Shown: piece after piece, positions 30,972 through 40,614 of the stretch
How positions within the stretch are numbered: position 1 is the first letter of the stretch
Layout of the letters: each line of letters opens with the position of its first letter
Origin: Methanobacteriota archaeon
GTDB lineage: Archaea; Halobacteriota; Bog-38; Methanoflorentales; Methanoflorentaceae
Direction: 5' to 3'
Assembly (NCBI GenBank): GCA_963720465.1
Contig: OY970393.1
Span: 1,376,001-1,440,000 of the forward strand
Length of the DNA: 64,000 nucleotides
Translations under genes and position numbers: made by a program
Notes under the pieces: generated by a model
The model's database searches: none
What the model was told of the DNA's origin: nothing
Seen by the model: the letters and a program-made list of their open reading frames with translations, nothing else

Positions 30972-32047
30972 ACGTTATCGAGAAACCCTGACAGAAGTTC
31001 TGTTAGCGGCCCGACCTCAAGCAGGAATGCATCGTGGCCTCGCGATGACTGAACGTCGCAGTAGGTGACGTCTACGCGTTTCCTGCGGAATGATCTCACG
31101 AGCGCCTTCAATCGCGCAGAGGGGAATAGCCAGTCTGATGAAAATGAAATCACAAACATCTTTGACTTGATCGACGTCAGATCGGGCAGATCAAAATAGT
31201 CCATGGCTTTCGTTATGTAAAGATACGAGTTGGCATCGAAGCGCTCGACGAATCGGTTGCCCTTGTAGTGCAGGTAGCTCTCGACCTCGAAATCTTCTGA
31301 AAACTTGTAGCGATACCCATCCGCCCCTTTGAGCGCCCGCCCAAACTTTTCGTGCATCGACTCCTCACTGAGGTACGTGATGTGTCCTATCATCCGGGCG
31401 AGCGCAAGGCCTTTGCGCGGCGGCGTGCCGTCATAATAGTCGCCGTTCTGCCAGCACGGGTCTGCCATGATCGCTTGCCGGCCTACCTCGTTGAACGCTA
31501 TTCCTTGTGCGGAGAGTCGATTGGCCGCGGCGAGTATCACGGCGGATCGCACGATATCAGGATAATCAACGGCCCACTGCAGCGCCTGCATCCCCCCGAT
31601 GGATCCACCGACAACAGCCAGGAGGGTTTCAATTCCCAAGCCATCGATCAGGCACTTCTGCGCGCGGACCATGTCGCCGACCGTGATGACCGGAAAGCCA
31701 AGTCCGTAAGGACGTCCTGTCGCGGGATCGACACTGCCCGGCCCCGTTGACCCGCTGCACCCTCCAAGGATATTGCAACAGATGACAAAGTAGCGCTCTG
31801 TGTCGAGTGCCTTGCCTGGCCCAATAAAGTCATACCACCAGCCTTGCTCGCCCTTATCGTTTACAAAGCCGGCGTGAGCGCTGCCAGACAAGGCGTGCAG
31901 GAGCAATATTGCGTTATCTTTTGCAGCGTTCAGCTGGCCGTATGTTTCGTACGCGACCGTCACCGGCGAAAGCGTCCTTCCGCAGTCTAACTTAAGTGCA
32001 TCAAACGTGTAATGTTGAGTCCGCGGAACGGCGTCTACGACGTACAT
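30959..32047 (-). CDS. metX: homoserine O-acyltransferase (MetX family)
   Basis: HALSG, GGSIGGMQ, FDANSY and GHDAFL motifs. Confidence 0.95.
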   Translation of the reverse strand: MYVVDAVPRTQHYTFDALKLDCGRTLSPVTVAYETYGQLNAAKDNAILLLHALSGSAHAGFVNDKGEQGWWYDFIGPGKALDTERYFVICCNILGGCSGSTGPGSVDPATGRPYGLGFPVITVGDMVRAQKCLIDGLGIETLLAVVGGSIGGMQALQWAVDYPDIVRSAVILAAANRLSAQGIAFNEVGRQAIMADPCWQNGDYYDGTPPRKGLALARMIGHITYLSEESMHEKFGRALKGADGYRYKFSEDFEVESYLHYKGNRFVERFDANSYLYITKAMDYFDLPDLTSIKSKMFVISFSSDWLFPSARLKALVRSFRRKRVDVTYCDVQSSRGHDAFLLEVGPLTELLSGFLDNVCGR

Positions 32048-33306
32048 GCGAGTGCTTGGTCTATATCCTCAGTGATGTCAGCGACGTCTTCGATCCCCAC
32101 AGAAAGTCTGATGAAGTCGTCGCCGAGTCCTGCAGCAACGCGTTCTTCGGGGTTCATTTGTTGATGCGTGGTGCTTGCAGGGTGCACCACCAACGATTTC
32201 GCATCGCCGATATTGGCGAGGTGACTGAAGAGCTTGAGGCTCTCTATGAACGTCACGGCCGCGTCGTACCCACCCTTGACGCCGAATCCGACAAGCGCGC
32301 TCGCACCGTTTGGCAAGTACTTCTGCGCTAGTCGATGAGAACGATCGTTCTCTAGACCAGGGTACCGCACCCACGAGACGCGTTCGTGCTCATTCAAGAA
32401 TCGCGCCACAGCAAGCGCATTCGCGGAGTGACGTTCCATCCTGACGTGGAGTGATTCAAGTCCCTGAAGGGTCAGGAAGGCATTAAAGGGGCTCAAAGCT
32501 GGACCGATGTCGCGTAGCAGATGCACTCGCGCCTTCAGTATGTAAGCGAGTTCTCCGAACGCTTCAGCGTACACAAGCCCGTTGTAGGTTGGGTCAGGTG
32601 TGGTAAAATCGGGGAATTTTCCGTTCGTCCAGTCAAAGTTTCCCGCATCAACGATGAGCCCCCCGATAGAAGTGCCATGCCCACCCATGAACTTAGTGAG
32701 ACTATTGACGACGATATCCGCGCCGAAGTCGATTGGTCGGCACAGGATGGGCGTAGTTGCAGTGCCATCGACGATGAAGGGAACACCGCTGTCGTGCGCT
32801 ATGTGAGCGATGCTTTCGATATCGAGAACGTCCAAGGTCGGATTGCCGAGCGTTTCTCCAAAAAAGGCCTTCGTCTTATCATTGACGTACTCGTTGTAGT
32901 TGTTCGGATCAGTCGAGTCTATTAAGTGGACCTTGATGCCCATTCTTGCCAACGTCGATGAGAACAGGGTGTAGGTACCGCCGTACAGTTGCGATGATGC
33001 TATGATCTCATCTCCAGGCCTAGCGATGTTGAGGATTGAAAACGCGTTCGCGGCTTGACCGCTAGCAAGCGCCAGCCCGGCTTTACCGCCTTCCAGCAGG
33101 GCAACTCGCTGTTCGAGCACGTCATTCGTGGGGTTCATTATGCGCGTATAGATATTTCCCATCTCTTGGAGCCCAAAAAGTTTTGCAGCGTGCGCTGTGC
33201 TGTCGAATACGTACGAAGTCGTTTGATAGATCGGAACGGCCCTCGCTCTTGTTGTAGGATCGGCCGATTGCCCTCCGTGAACTGCTATCGTTCCAGGTCT
33301 TTGCAT
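32035..33306 (-). CDS. metY: O-acetylhomoserine sulfhydrylase
   Basis: PIYQTTSY, YTRIMNPT, SLTKFMGGHG and LANIGDAKSL motifs. Confidence 0.95.
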   Translation of the reverse strand: MQRPGTIAVHGGQSADPTTRARAVPIYQTTSYVFDSTAHAAKLFGLQEMGNIYTRIMNPTNDVLEQRVALLEGGKAGLALASGQAANAFSILNIARPGDEIIASSQLYGGTYTLFSSTLARMGIKVHLIDSTDPNNYNEYVNDKTKAFFGETLGNPTLDVLDIESIAHIAHDSGVPFIVDGTATTPILCRPIDFGADIVVNSLTKFMGGHGTSIGGLIVDAGNFDWTNGKFPDFTTPDPTYNGLVYAEAFGELAYILKARVHLLRDIGPALSPFNAFLTLQGLESLHVRMERHSANALAVARFLNEHERVSWVRYPGLENDRSHRLAQKYLPNGASALVGFGVKGGYDAAVTFIESLKLFSHLANIGDAKSLVVHPASTTHQQMNPEERVAAGLGDDFIRLSVGIEDVADITEDIDQALACTS

Positions 33307-33336
33307 GATACACCCCTTTAAACGGCAATTATTTTA

Positions 33337-33398
33337 TATAACAATTGTTATAATATAGTTATATAACAATTGTTATACCATATATACGAGCTGTTATA
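33337..33398. promoter_or_regulatory. tandem palindromic operators TATAACAATTGTTATA
   Basis: Perfect 16-bp palindromes at 33337-33352 and 33362-33377, with a degenerate copy at 33383-33398; between metY and a divergent HTH gene. Confidence 0.8.
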
Positions 33399-33487
33399 TT
33401 GAGCACTTGAGCATTAAGGTTTCGGAGAAGGCAAAAACGGTATACAGCAAGCCGTTTTATGTGAAGCTGATGTCCCATGAGCGACTC

Positions 33488-33811
33488 ATGAAAACGCAAC
33501 GATCGCCCTGTGAAACAGCGGTCTGGAGTATCCTCCCTACCATCCGTTGCGAGGTTTCAAAGGAGCTAGCAAAACTAGGTCTATCTCAAATGATGATTTC
33601 GGCGCGTCTCGGCGTCACGCAGCCAGCGGTCAGCCAATACGTAACGAGCAAAAGGGGGACAGCTGTTGCGGTCAGCGATGACGTAAGGACGCTCATTCAA
33701 TCGCTGGCTGAAGACGTTGCCGAGGGAAAAGAACTCAACTTGAACGAACGAATTTGTGCGATATGCACACATATCCAGGGCGACGAGAAGTGCACGGCCT
33801 TCAGTCGCTAG
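33488..33811 (+). CDS. archaeal HTH transcriptional regulator with conserved Cys
   Basis: PCE...LGVTQPAVSQYVTSKRG...ICAIC motifs. Confidence 0.85.
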   Translation: MKTQRSPCETAVWSILPTIRCEVSKELAKLGLSQMMISARLGVTQPAVSQYVTSKRGTAVAVSDDVRTLIQSLAEDVAEGKELNLNERICAICTHIQGDEKCTAFSR

Positions 33812-33813
33812 CC

Positions 33814-34707
33814 ATGAATAGCCACCTAAAACGCCTGAAAGAGGAAAACGACGCCGTCATTTTGGCGCACAACTACCAACGCGACGAAGTTCAAGACGCC
33901 GCCGACTATGTGGGCGACTCATTCGAGCTCTCAAAGATTGCGTCTGAGATCAAGTGTGCAGTCATCGTGTTCTGTGGGGTCGACTTCATGGCGGAAAACG
34001 CTGCTATCCTCTCACCCGACAAGCAGGTGCTGCTTCCCGTGAAGGAGGCGACGTGCCCGATGTCGCACATGATCACTCGAAACGACGTGCGACAACTCAA
34101 AAAGCGCTATCCGGGTACGCCCGTGGTGTGCTATGTGAACACTTCGGCCGCCGTCAAGGCAGAAAGCGACGTGTGTTGTACGTCGGCAAACGCCGTGAAG
34201 ATTATCAATGCGCTTGATGCGGATCGAATCGTGTTTATTCCCGACCGAAATCTCGGAGACTACCTCGCCACGAAAACCGACAAGGAGATCGTTTCCTGGA
34301 ACGGCTTCTGCCCGACCCACCAAGTGATCACCTTGGGAGATGTGTTGATCAAGCGCGAGGAGGTACCCGACTGCGAGATCGTCGTGCATCCTGAGTGCCG
34401 GCCAGAGGTCATAGCAGCAGCTGACTTTGTGTACGGGACCGGCGGCATGCTGCGTCACGCCGCAAAAACCAACGCACACCACATCGCCATTGGAACCGAA
34501 GTAGGCATGCTCCATCGACTCCGGAAGCAGGAACCAACGAAGGAGTTTTCCGCTCTCGCCGAAACAGTGTGCCCGAACATGAAACGCACACACCTTGAGG
34601 ATGCTGTCCGCGCGCTCGAGCAGAAGGAATTCCTTGTCACTGTGGCCAAGGATGTCCGCATTGGCGCAAAAAAGGCGCTCGACAAGATGCTTGAAATGGG
34701 AACCTGA
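33814..34707 (+). CDS. nadA: quinolinate synthase A
   Basis: LAHNYQ, CGVDFMAE, YVNTSA, HPEC and CPNMK motifs. Confidence 0.95.
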   Translation: MNSHLKRLKEENDAVILAHNYQRDEVQDAADYVGDSFELSKIASEIKCAVIVFCGVDFMAENAAILSPDKQVLLPVKEATCPMSHMITRNDVRQLKKRYPGTPVVCYVNTSAAVKAESDVCCTSANAVKIINALDADRIVFIPDRNLGDYLATKTDKEIVSWNGFCPTHQVITLGDVLIKREEVPDCEIVVHPECRPEVIAAADFVYGTGGMLRHAAKTNAHHIAIGTEVGMLHRLRKQEPTKEFSALAETVCPNMKRTHLEDAVRALEQKEFLVTVAKDVRIGAKKALDKMLEMGT

Positions 34708-34851
34708 GGTTCGGTACTGTCTGCTTCGTCAAGAACGAAAAGTGCGCTGACATTTTCGCCCATTGATTTTTTTAAGAATACCTAGTTTTCACGGTGCGCC
34801 GGGCGAACAAATTTTATATAACGTTAACGCCGTTAATTATTGGTGTTTGTC

Positions 34852-35107
34852 GTGAACGACGCTGTCACTGAGCTTACAAACAATGAACACCGTTCCAGAA
34901 AACTGAGAGAGTATCCCCTCAGTGCCAAACTAGTCTTCAGGACTCTTGAGCGAAACGGCACAATGACCATCAACGACATCGAAAAGCAGACTTATCTACC
35001 CCACAGAACGGTGAGATACGCGATCAAGCGGCTAAAAGAAGGCGGCATGGTGACTCAGCTCTTTTACATAAAGGACGCACGCCAAGCTCTACCGGCTAGC
35101 CGAATAG
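34852..35107 (+). CDS. small winged-helix regulator, paralog of 27222..27482, with indels near 35085
   Basis: Highly similar to the paralog; the LYRLAE* tail is recovered if two missing bases are restored; followed by a 12-bp tandem duplication GCTAGCCGAATA. Confidence 0.8.
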
Positions 35108-35255
35108 CTAGCCGAATAGCTCGCAGGCCCCGTGAGCAGATTCCACAAGAGACACATGCTGAGTTTGGTATCGCTCCCTCGACCGTGGGCCGGTGGTGGA
35201 AAACGCGCCGCACGCACTTTTTGAGCCTTCCTAGGCAATCCGCTCTGTCAATCTT

Positions 35256-35384
35256 TCAGGCTTTCTGTTCCAGGGCAGCTACGCGCTCGCCCATCGGGCC
35301 CTGACACGCCCTGAACTCTGCACAGCACTTCTCGAGCTCATCTATGCGCTTCTTTAACTCCTTTATTTCGCTTTCGTAATTCAT
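35256..35384 (-). CDS. 42-aa coiled-coil small protein
   Basis: MNYESEIKELKKRIDELEKCCAEFRACQGPMGERVAALEQKA with a strong RBS AGGAGGTGGT; below the ORF-track length cutoff. Confidence 0.6.
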   Translation of the reverse strand: MNYESEIKELKKRIDELEKCCAEFRACQGPMGERVAALEQKA

Positions 35385-35649
35385 TTTTTTACCACCTCCT
35401 TGCGTAAGTTATAGACTGATTGGTTCTTGACACCAGCCCTCGTTTTGCTTTGAGTCTTTATGCTTCTTCCCCTGGATGGATTATGGATACCCAAGGCCTA
35501 CTTCGTGCGGGTGACGATCGTGTTTCCACTAACGCTGAGTGCAGCGTGATAGGGCACAACAACGGCCGAGTATATTATAGCGGACTTCGGTCCGCGTTAC
35601 TCTTGGACCATCGCAGGCCGTTTGCTGCGACGATTTGCTTGAAACCGCA

Positions 35650-36009
35650 TCAAGAGCAACAGCCTGCGTCAATCGCTGCTTCATTCTCGCGTTTGTCAAG
35701 CAGTGACTTAATCTTGTTACACACGTCGCAGAGGTGCACCGACAGGGCCCCGGGGTCGTCTTTGTATTCTTCAAGGTACTCGTCGATCACCTCGAGCACC
35801 TCGGTGTCCTGTCCCGCCGTTCCCCGTTTGCTCTTGACGTACTGATTGACGGCAGCAGGAGTAACGCCGAGTATTCGTGCGATCTGTGCCTGACTTATTC
35901 CTTCCTCCTTCATCCGCACCGCCATCTCGGCCCGAATCACGGGAAGGACGTACTGCACAATGATCTCACATCGCGGCCTGATCTTCGACGACCTTTCGGT
36001 TTCAGTCAT
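35650..36009 (-). CDS. archaeal HTH regulator, paralog of 33488..33811
   Basis: RCE...LGVTPAAVNQYVKSKRG...LCDVC motifs; starts 2 bp after the pscS stop. Confidence 0.85.
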   Translation of the reverse strand: MTETERSSKIRPRCEIIVQYVLPVIRAEMAVRMKEEGISQAQIARILGVTPAAVNQYVKSKRGTAGQDTEVLEVIDEYLEEYKDDPGALSVHLCDVCNKIKSLLDKRENEAAIDAGCCS

Positions 36010-36011
36010 AG

Positions 36012-37196
36012 CTACAGGAGATCATATTTCTCGGCTATCTCCTTAAAGACATCTGCCACGTACGATGTCTGGTCCCACGTTAAGCCGTATGTGTTGAGCT
36101 TCCACGTGCGCGTCGCTCCCGCAAACTCGCCAACGACGCCCCTCTGTTTCAGCTCGTCGCTGAAGAAGAACCCTCGTCGCTTGTGGGTTGTGGCGATCGT
36201 GTCGAAACTGCGCGTGGTATCCACCTTCGTCAAGGTGTGCTTGCGCGGGTGTTCACTTAAACATTTGTTGCCCTTAACGTCAAGGATCGCGTCGATGACG
36301 ATGTTCGACTTCGCCACGTACTCCTGCCAGTCATTGATGCGTCTCTGGATGGTCGGGAAGGAGGCCATCATGGCGAGGAGGTTCGCTCCCATGAGCGTGC
36401 AGCCGAGCATTTCAACCTCTTTGATGCCAAACTTGCGTCCTGTGACGTCGCCGATCATCTGCGTCGTGCGGAGGACTTGATCAGCATACTCGCTCGTCGT
36501 TGCCAGCACGCCGCTGGGCGCAGGAGATGCCATCGACTTGTGCCCGCTGCCGACCACGAAATCGACGCCGAGCGCTTTGCCGTCGACCGGCTTGATGCCG
36601 ACGGTGTACGCGCCGTTATAGAGGATCGGGACGTCATACTGGTGCGCGGCCTTCGCGGCTCCTGCGATATCGTGCTCGTTTGCAAACGAGTAGTCGAAGT
36701 GGTCGTGCATCACGAGGACAGGCTTTTTACCGTGTTCACGCCTCACGTCCTCAATCTTCTGCGCGACGGCGTCGCCCGTGACGACGTTATCCTTGTTTAG
36801 GGGAACCTCTTTGACCACGGCCCGCGCGTTTTCAACCGCCACGAACTCGGTATAGTGCGCTAGGGCGGACACAAGAACGATATCACCTTTCTCCGCGAGT
36901 GAGAGGCAGACGGCCTGGAAGGCGCGACGTGCCCCCGGCGTGACGCGCGCTTCGTCCATGTTAAGGAATTTAGCGAGATCGCTGTGGAACTCAGCGATGG
37001 GCGGCTTGGTGATCTTATCGAGACGGAACGGCTTGCGGCACTGGTCGCACGCGAGTAGCCATCGCCGTAGGCGATGAGGGCTTTCATCGAGTCTGCGGTG
37101 AGGCGGCCTGCCGCTTGGATTGGATGAATGTTCACGTAAGTTCACTCATGCTTCAACCTCAAAGGTCGTCGTGTGTGACGTACCATTCTCTGTCAT
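36012..37196 (-). CDS. pscS: Sep-tRNA:Cys-tRNA synthase (SepCysS); 5' region has about three single-base deletions
   Basis: NIHPIQAAGRLT, GDGYS-CDQC, GSGHKSMA (PLP Lys), EMLGCT and RGFF motifs; N-terminal motifs are spread over different frames. Confidence 0.92.
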
Positions 37197-37396
37197 CTGT
37201 CCTCTGTGGAAGACAATTCCTCTTACGTTTAGTACGGTACGCCTGCTATTGAACGTTCATAAAAGGACAAAATATGCCTACAACTGCATGCTGATTATCA
37301 CGGAGGCAAATAAAGTATGTACGGACAGATTGACCATGTACGAGATTTGCTGCAGGTGTCGATTGATCGACGTAACTGAAACTGGGGGAATGCACT

Positions 37397-37909
37397 ATTC
37401 GACTTCTTCTAATCCACGCGGATAAAATCAGCTACACGGCAACGCAACGAACCAAAGTAGCCGAGGACATAGAATCGAAAGAGGACGGCATGGAAGACTG
37501 TCTTGTCGTTTTCTCGAGCGTAGAAAAGCTCGATGAGCTCAACGCCACAGGTGTAGCTGATGCGGCAAAGAACAGCATCGTTGATGTGCTGGGCAAGCTC
37601 AAAGAAAATCGCGTCATGCTCTTCCCGTTTGCGCATCTTACGAGCACCTTAAGCTCTCCCCAAGTAGCCTTGGAGATACTCCAGTCGCTTGAGGCTTCGC
37701 TGAAGAACGACGGGTTCACCGTGAAGCGGGCACCATTTGGGTGGAACAAGGAATTCGACATCAAGAGTAAGGGACACCCGTTAGCGGTCCTTTCTAAGGT
37801 GATCTGCCCGTATGGCAAGGTGGAGTGCGATTTCCTATGCCCCTACTGCACGAATCCGATAAAGATTCAGGACCTTAGCAGCCTGCGTGAGACACCTCCC
37901 ACGTCGTAG
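37397..37909 (+). CDS. stand-alone archaeal ThrRS editing domain (Ser-tRNA(Thr) hydrolase-like) with Cys-rich tail
   Basis: (I)RLLLIHAD, FPFAHL, RAPFGWNKEF and KGHPLA motifs; the reading frame extends 31 codons upstream of the ORF-track ATG. Confidence 0.85.
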   Translation: MRLLLIHADKISYTATQRTKVAEDIESKEDGMEDCLVVFSSVEKLDELNATGVADAAKNSIVDVLGKLKENRVMLFPFAHLTSTLSSPQVALEILQSLEASLKNDGFTVKRAPFGWNKEFDIKSKGHPLAVLSKVICPYGKVECDFLCPYCTNPIKIQDLSSLRETPPTS

Positions 37910-38036
37910 CTGACTGAGGGCGAGGAACGCCGCCAATACGTTCTGATCAAGAACTCACAAACGATAAATAAAAAAAGGCCAAGCGCGTGCAATAGTGTAT
38001 TCACGCTCGACAGGCGCACGCGAGGCGAGGAGTTGC

Positions 38037-38483
38037 ATGTATAGCGATAAAGTGATGCTGCATTTCATGAACCCGCACAACATGGGGGAGATCGAGAACC
38101 CGAGCGGTGTGGGTGTGGTCGGTAACCCGGTGTGCGGGGACCTCATGCAGATCCAGATCAGGGTGGAAGACGGGATTCTCACTGACGTCAAATTCAAGAC
38201 GTTCGGCTGCGGGGCGGCCATAGCGACGAGCAGCATGGTAACGGATCTGGCGATCGGAAAGACGATTGAGGAGGCGTTGAAGATAACGCGAAACGACGTC
38301 GCTGAGAACCTGGAAGGGTTGCCTCCGGTGAAGATGCACTGCTCGAACCTGGCGGCCGATGCCCTGCACGCGGCGATTGAGGATTACCTGAAGAAAGAGG
38401 GACGCGGCGAGTGGTTCGACAGTAAGAGCACAAAGAAGAAGAGTGGAACAAAAAAGGGTGCGCGTCGGCGGCGGGCCGCCTAA
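38037..38483 (+). CDS. iscU: Fe-S cluster scaffold IscU/NifU
   Basis: HFMNPHN, NPVCGD, FGCGAAIA and PPVKMHCS motifs. Confidence 0.95.
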   Translation: MYSDKVMLHFMNPHNMGEIENPSGVGVVGNPVCGDLMQIQIRVEDGILTDVKFKTFGCGAAIATSSMVTDLAIGKTIEEALKITRNDVAENLEGLPPVKMHCSNLAADALHAAIEDYLKKEGRGEWFDSKSTKKKSGTKKGARRRRAA

Positions 38484-38488
38484 CGCTG

Positions 38489-38546
38489 CATATCATTACA
38501 GTCCCTGCTCATATCACTATAGTCCCTGCTCATATCACTACAGTCC
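38489..38546. repeat. 21-bp tandem repeat, about 2.8 copies
   Basis: CATATCAYTAYAGTCCCTGCT repeated head-to-tail. Confidence 0.85.
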
Positions 38547-38685
38547 TAACCTGTGTTTGTTTGTTGTGAGATAGCGGCCGTATCGAAATTAGGATAGACT
38601 CAGCTATTGACTTCAATACCGTTTTTTAGCAAGACAACCGTCGGGTATGCCGTCCCATGGTATGGCGCGACTGCGTTGATTTGTG

Positions 38686-39213
38686 CTACGCCTGTGCGAA
38701 GATAGTAGCAGCACTGATATTGGGATATTCCCAAGTACCGACTACAGCACCGTTACTATTCACTAAAACTACTGTAGGATAGCCACTCACGGTCACCCCA
38801 AGTTGTTGGGCAACGGCCGCATTTGTGCTAACAACTGGTGTAAATCCGGGCTGCGCTGCAAGCTGAGCGTAGTCGGAGGTTTGTGAAAATGCCTGGCAGT
38901 AAGGACAACCCTCTTCGTAGAAGTAGTAAATCTTGTAACCAGAGGGCAAACCTGAACCAGAGGCAGTGGGCGTTGCGGTTGGCGTGGGCGTTGCGGTTGG
39001 CGTGGGCGTTGCGGTTGGCGTGGGCGTTGCGGTTGGCGTGGGCGTTGCGGTTGGCGTGGGCGTTGCGGTTGCTGACGCGGTAGCGGCTTGAGATGATGAA
39101 TTTGCAGCAGCAGACGCATTCGGTGACGACGTGGTCGAACTAGTGCATCCTGCTGCGGCCACACAAAGAAGAAGTGCGGCACATATCGCTATCATTGCTG
39201 CTTGTTTTTTCAT
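38686..39213 (-). CDS. thioredoxin-like lipoprotein, copy 1
   Basis: Signal peptide with AAGC lipobox, S/T/P linker, CPYC motif and YPT cis-Pro motif. Confidence 0.85.
   Translation of the reverse strand: MKKQAAMIAICAALLLCVAAAGCTSSTTSSPNASAAANSSSQAATASATATPTPTATPTPTATPTPTATPTPTATPTPTATPTASGSGLPSGYKIYYFYEEGCPYCQAFSQTSDYAQLAAQPGFTPVVSTNAAVAQQLGVTVSGYPTVVLVNSNGAVVGTWEYPNISAATIFAQA
38966..39071. repeat. 18-bp coding tandem repeat (TATPTP), about 6 copies
   Basis: GTGGGCGTTGCGGTTGGC repeated about 5.9 times; about 3 copies in the paralog near 40913-40965. Confidence 0.95.
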
Positions 39214-39574
39214 AAAAAGTCACCTCGGAAAATGGACGTTCGCTTAACAAAGAGAGATTTGGCTTAAGTTACATAAGGTTTCTGTATGAAACGGCGCTTC
39301 ACGTGATTTTTAGGGGTTATTTGCCCCGAAAGAAAGCGCCATTCGTTTTTTTCTTTTTTTTCTAGAGCATTTTCGACATAGTTGGATGATCGCTCGCGTG
39401 ATGCAATGGGTTACATGAGCGCTGCTTTGATCCCAGTGATGATAGACTGCGCCCCGCGGCGAGGAGGCTCAGCCCTAGTTGTTCGATTGTACGAAAAACC
39501 ACACAAAATAACAGTAGAACAAAAAAGGGTGCGCGTCGGCGGGGAACCGCCTAGCGCCACTTACTGCCTCTAAA

Positions 39575-40033
39575 CTAACCTGGATGCAGGCTGGCTATTT
39601 GTGCATTGATGCTGTTAGCATCGGTAGCATCGACCCAGCGCCCGACTTCAGTACCGTGGTTCAGCAAGATGAGCGTCGGGATTGTCGTCACATTGTACTG
39701 ATCCGTCAGCGGGCTTGTAGCACTCACGATCGGCGTGACGGTGACCTTGCTTGTGTTTTCAAGCTGGTGGAAGCTCGGAGTGCTCTCCAGTGCTATGCAA
39801 TAGGGACAAGTCGGACTATAGAAGAATAGCACCGTCAGACTGGCCGGCGTCGCAGACGCAGACGCTGGTGGCGTCACTATTGAAGCTGAAGTTGAAGCTT
39901 GCGCTGAAGTGGTCGTGGTCGAAACGTTCGTAGCATTCGATGACGACGAGGTCGAAGTAGTGCATCCTGCTGCGGCTACACAAAAAAGCAATATGGCACA
40001 CACGGCCAGCATTGCGGCTTGTTTTTGTTTCAA
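39575..40033 (-). CDS. thioredoxin-like lipoprotein, copy 2
   Basis: TTG start after GAGGTG; AAGC lipobox, FFYSPTCPYC and IPT motifs. Confidence 0.85.
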   Translation of the reverse strand: MKQKQAAMLAVCAILLFCVAAAGCTTSTSSSSNATNVSTTTTSAQASTSASIVTPPASASATPASLTVLFFYSPTCPYCIALESTPSFHQLENTSKVTVTPIVSATSPLTDQYNVTTIPTLILLNHGTEVGRWVDATDANSINAQIASLHPG

Positions 40034-40233
40034 CGTTACACCTCTGTAAAGTGATGACGAGTCACTTTGGATGAATAAAAACGTGCATCCAGATACATAA
40101 GGTTTCTGTATGCGACATCGTTTCACGTGACTTTTAGGGTTATTTGCCTAGAAGCGGGGCCTGTAGCGTTTTTTTCGTCGCGACATAGCTGGAGCCGCAC
40201 CCCAATGGCGAGGGGGACCAGAGCGGTAGGGGA

Positions 40234-40586
40234 TGTGCGGGGACCTCATGCAGATCCAGATCAGGGTGGAAGACGGGATTCTCACTGACGTCAAATTCAA
40301 GACGTTCGGCTGCGGGGCGGCCATAGCGACGAGCAGCATGGTAACGGATCTGGCGATCGGAAAGACGATTGAGGAGGCGTTGAAGATAACGCGAAACGAC
40401 GTCGCTGAGAACCTGGAAGGGTTGCCTCCGGTGAAGATGCACTGCTCGAACCTGGCGGCCGATGCCCTGCACGCGGCGATTGAGGATTACCTGAAGAAAG
40501 AGGGACGCGGCGAGTGGTTCGACAGTAAGAGCACAAAGAAGAAGAGTGGAACAAAAAAGGGTGCGCGTCGGCGGCGGGCCGCCTAG
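40234..40586 (+). pseudogene. iscU: 5'-truncated duplicate of iscU
   Basis: 40234-40585 reads identical to 38131-38482; lacks the first ~31 codons. Confidence 0.85.
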
Positions 40587-40614
40587 CGCGAATAATACCT
40601 AACTGCTTTCAATC

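Noticed and set aside
37146-37148. In-frame TGA in pscS as selenocysteine readthrough
   Set aside because: The conserved sequence continues in other frames, so indels explain the break better than recoding
38489-38546. 21-bp repeats as a mini CRISPR array
   Set aside because: The units are head-to-tail with no spacers
38131-40585. iscU 3' duplication as attL/attR of an integrated element
   Set aside because: No recombinase is present, the enclosed genes are paralogs of the gene outside, and the marC remnant fits tandem duplication better
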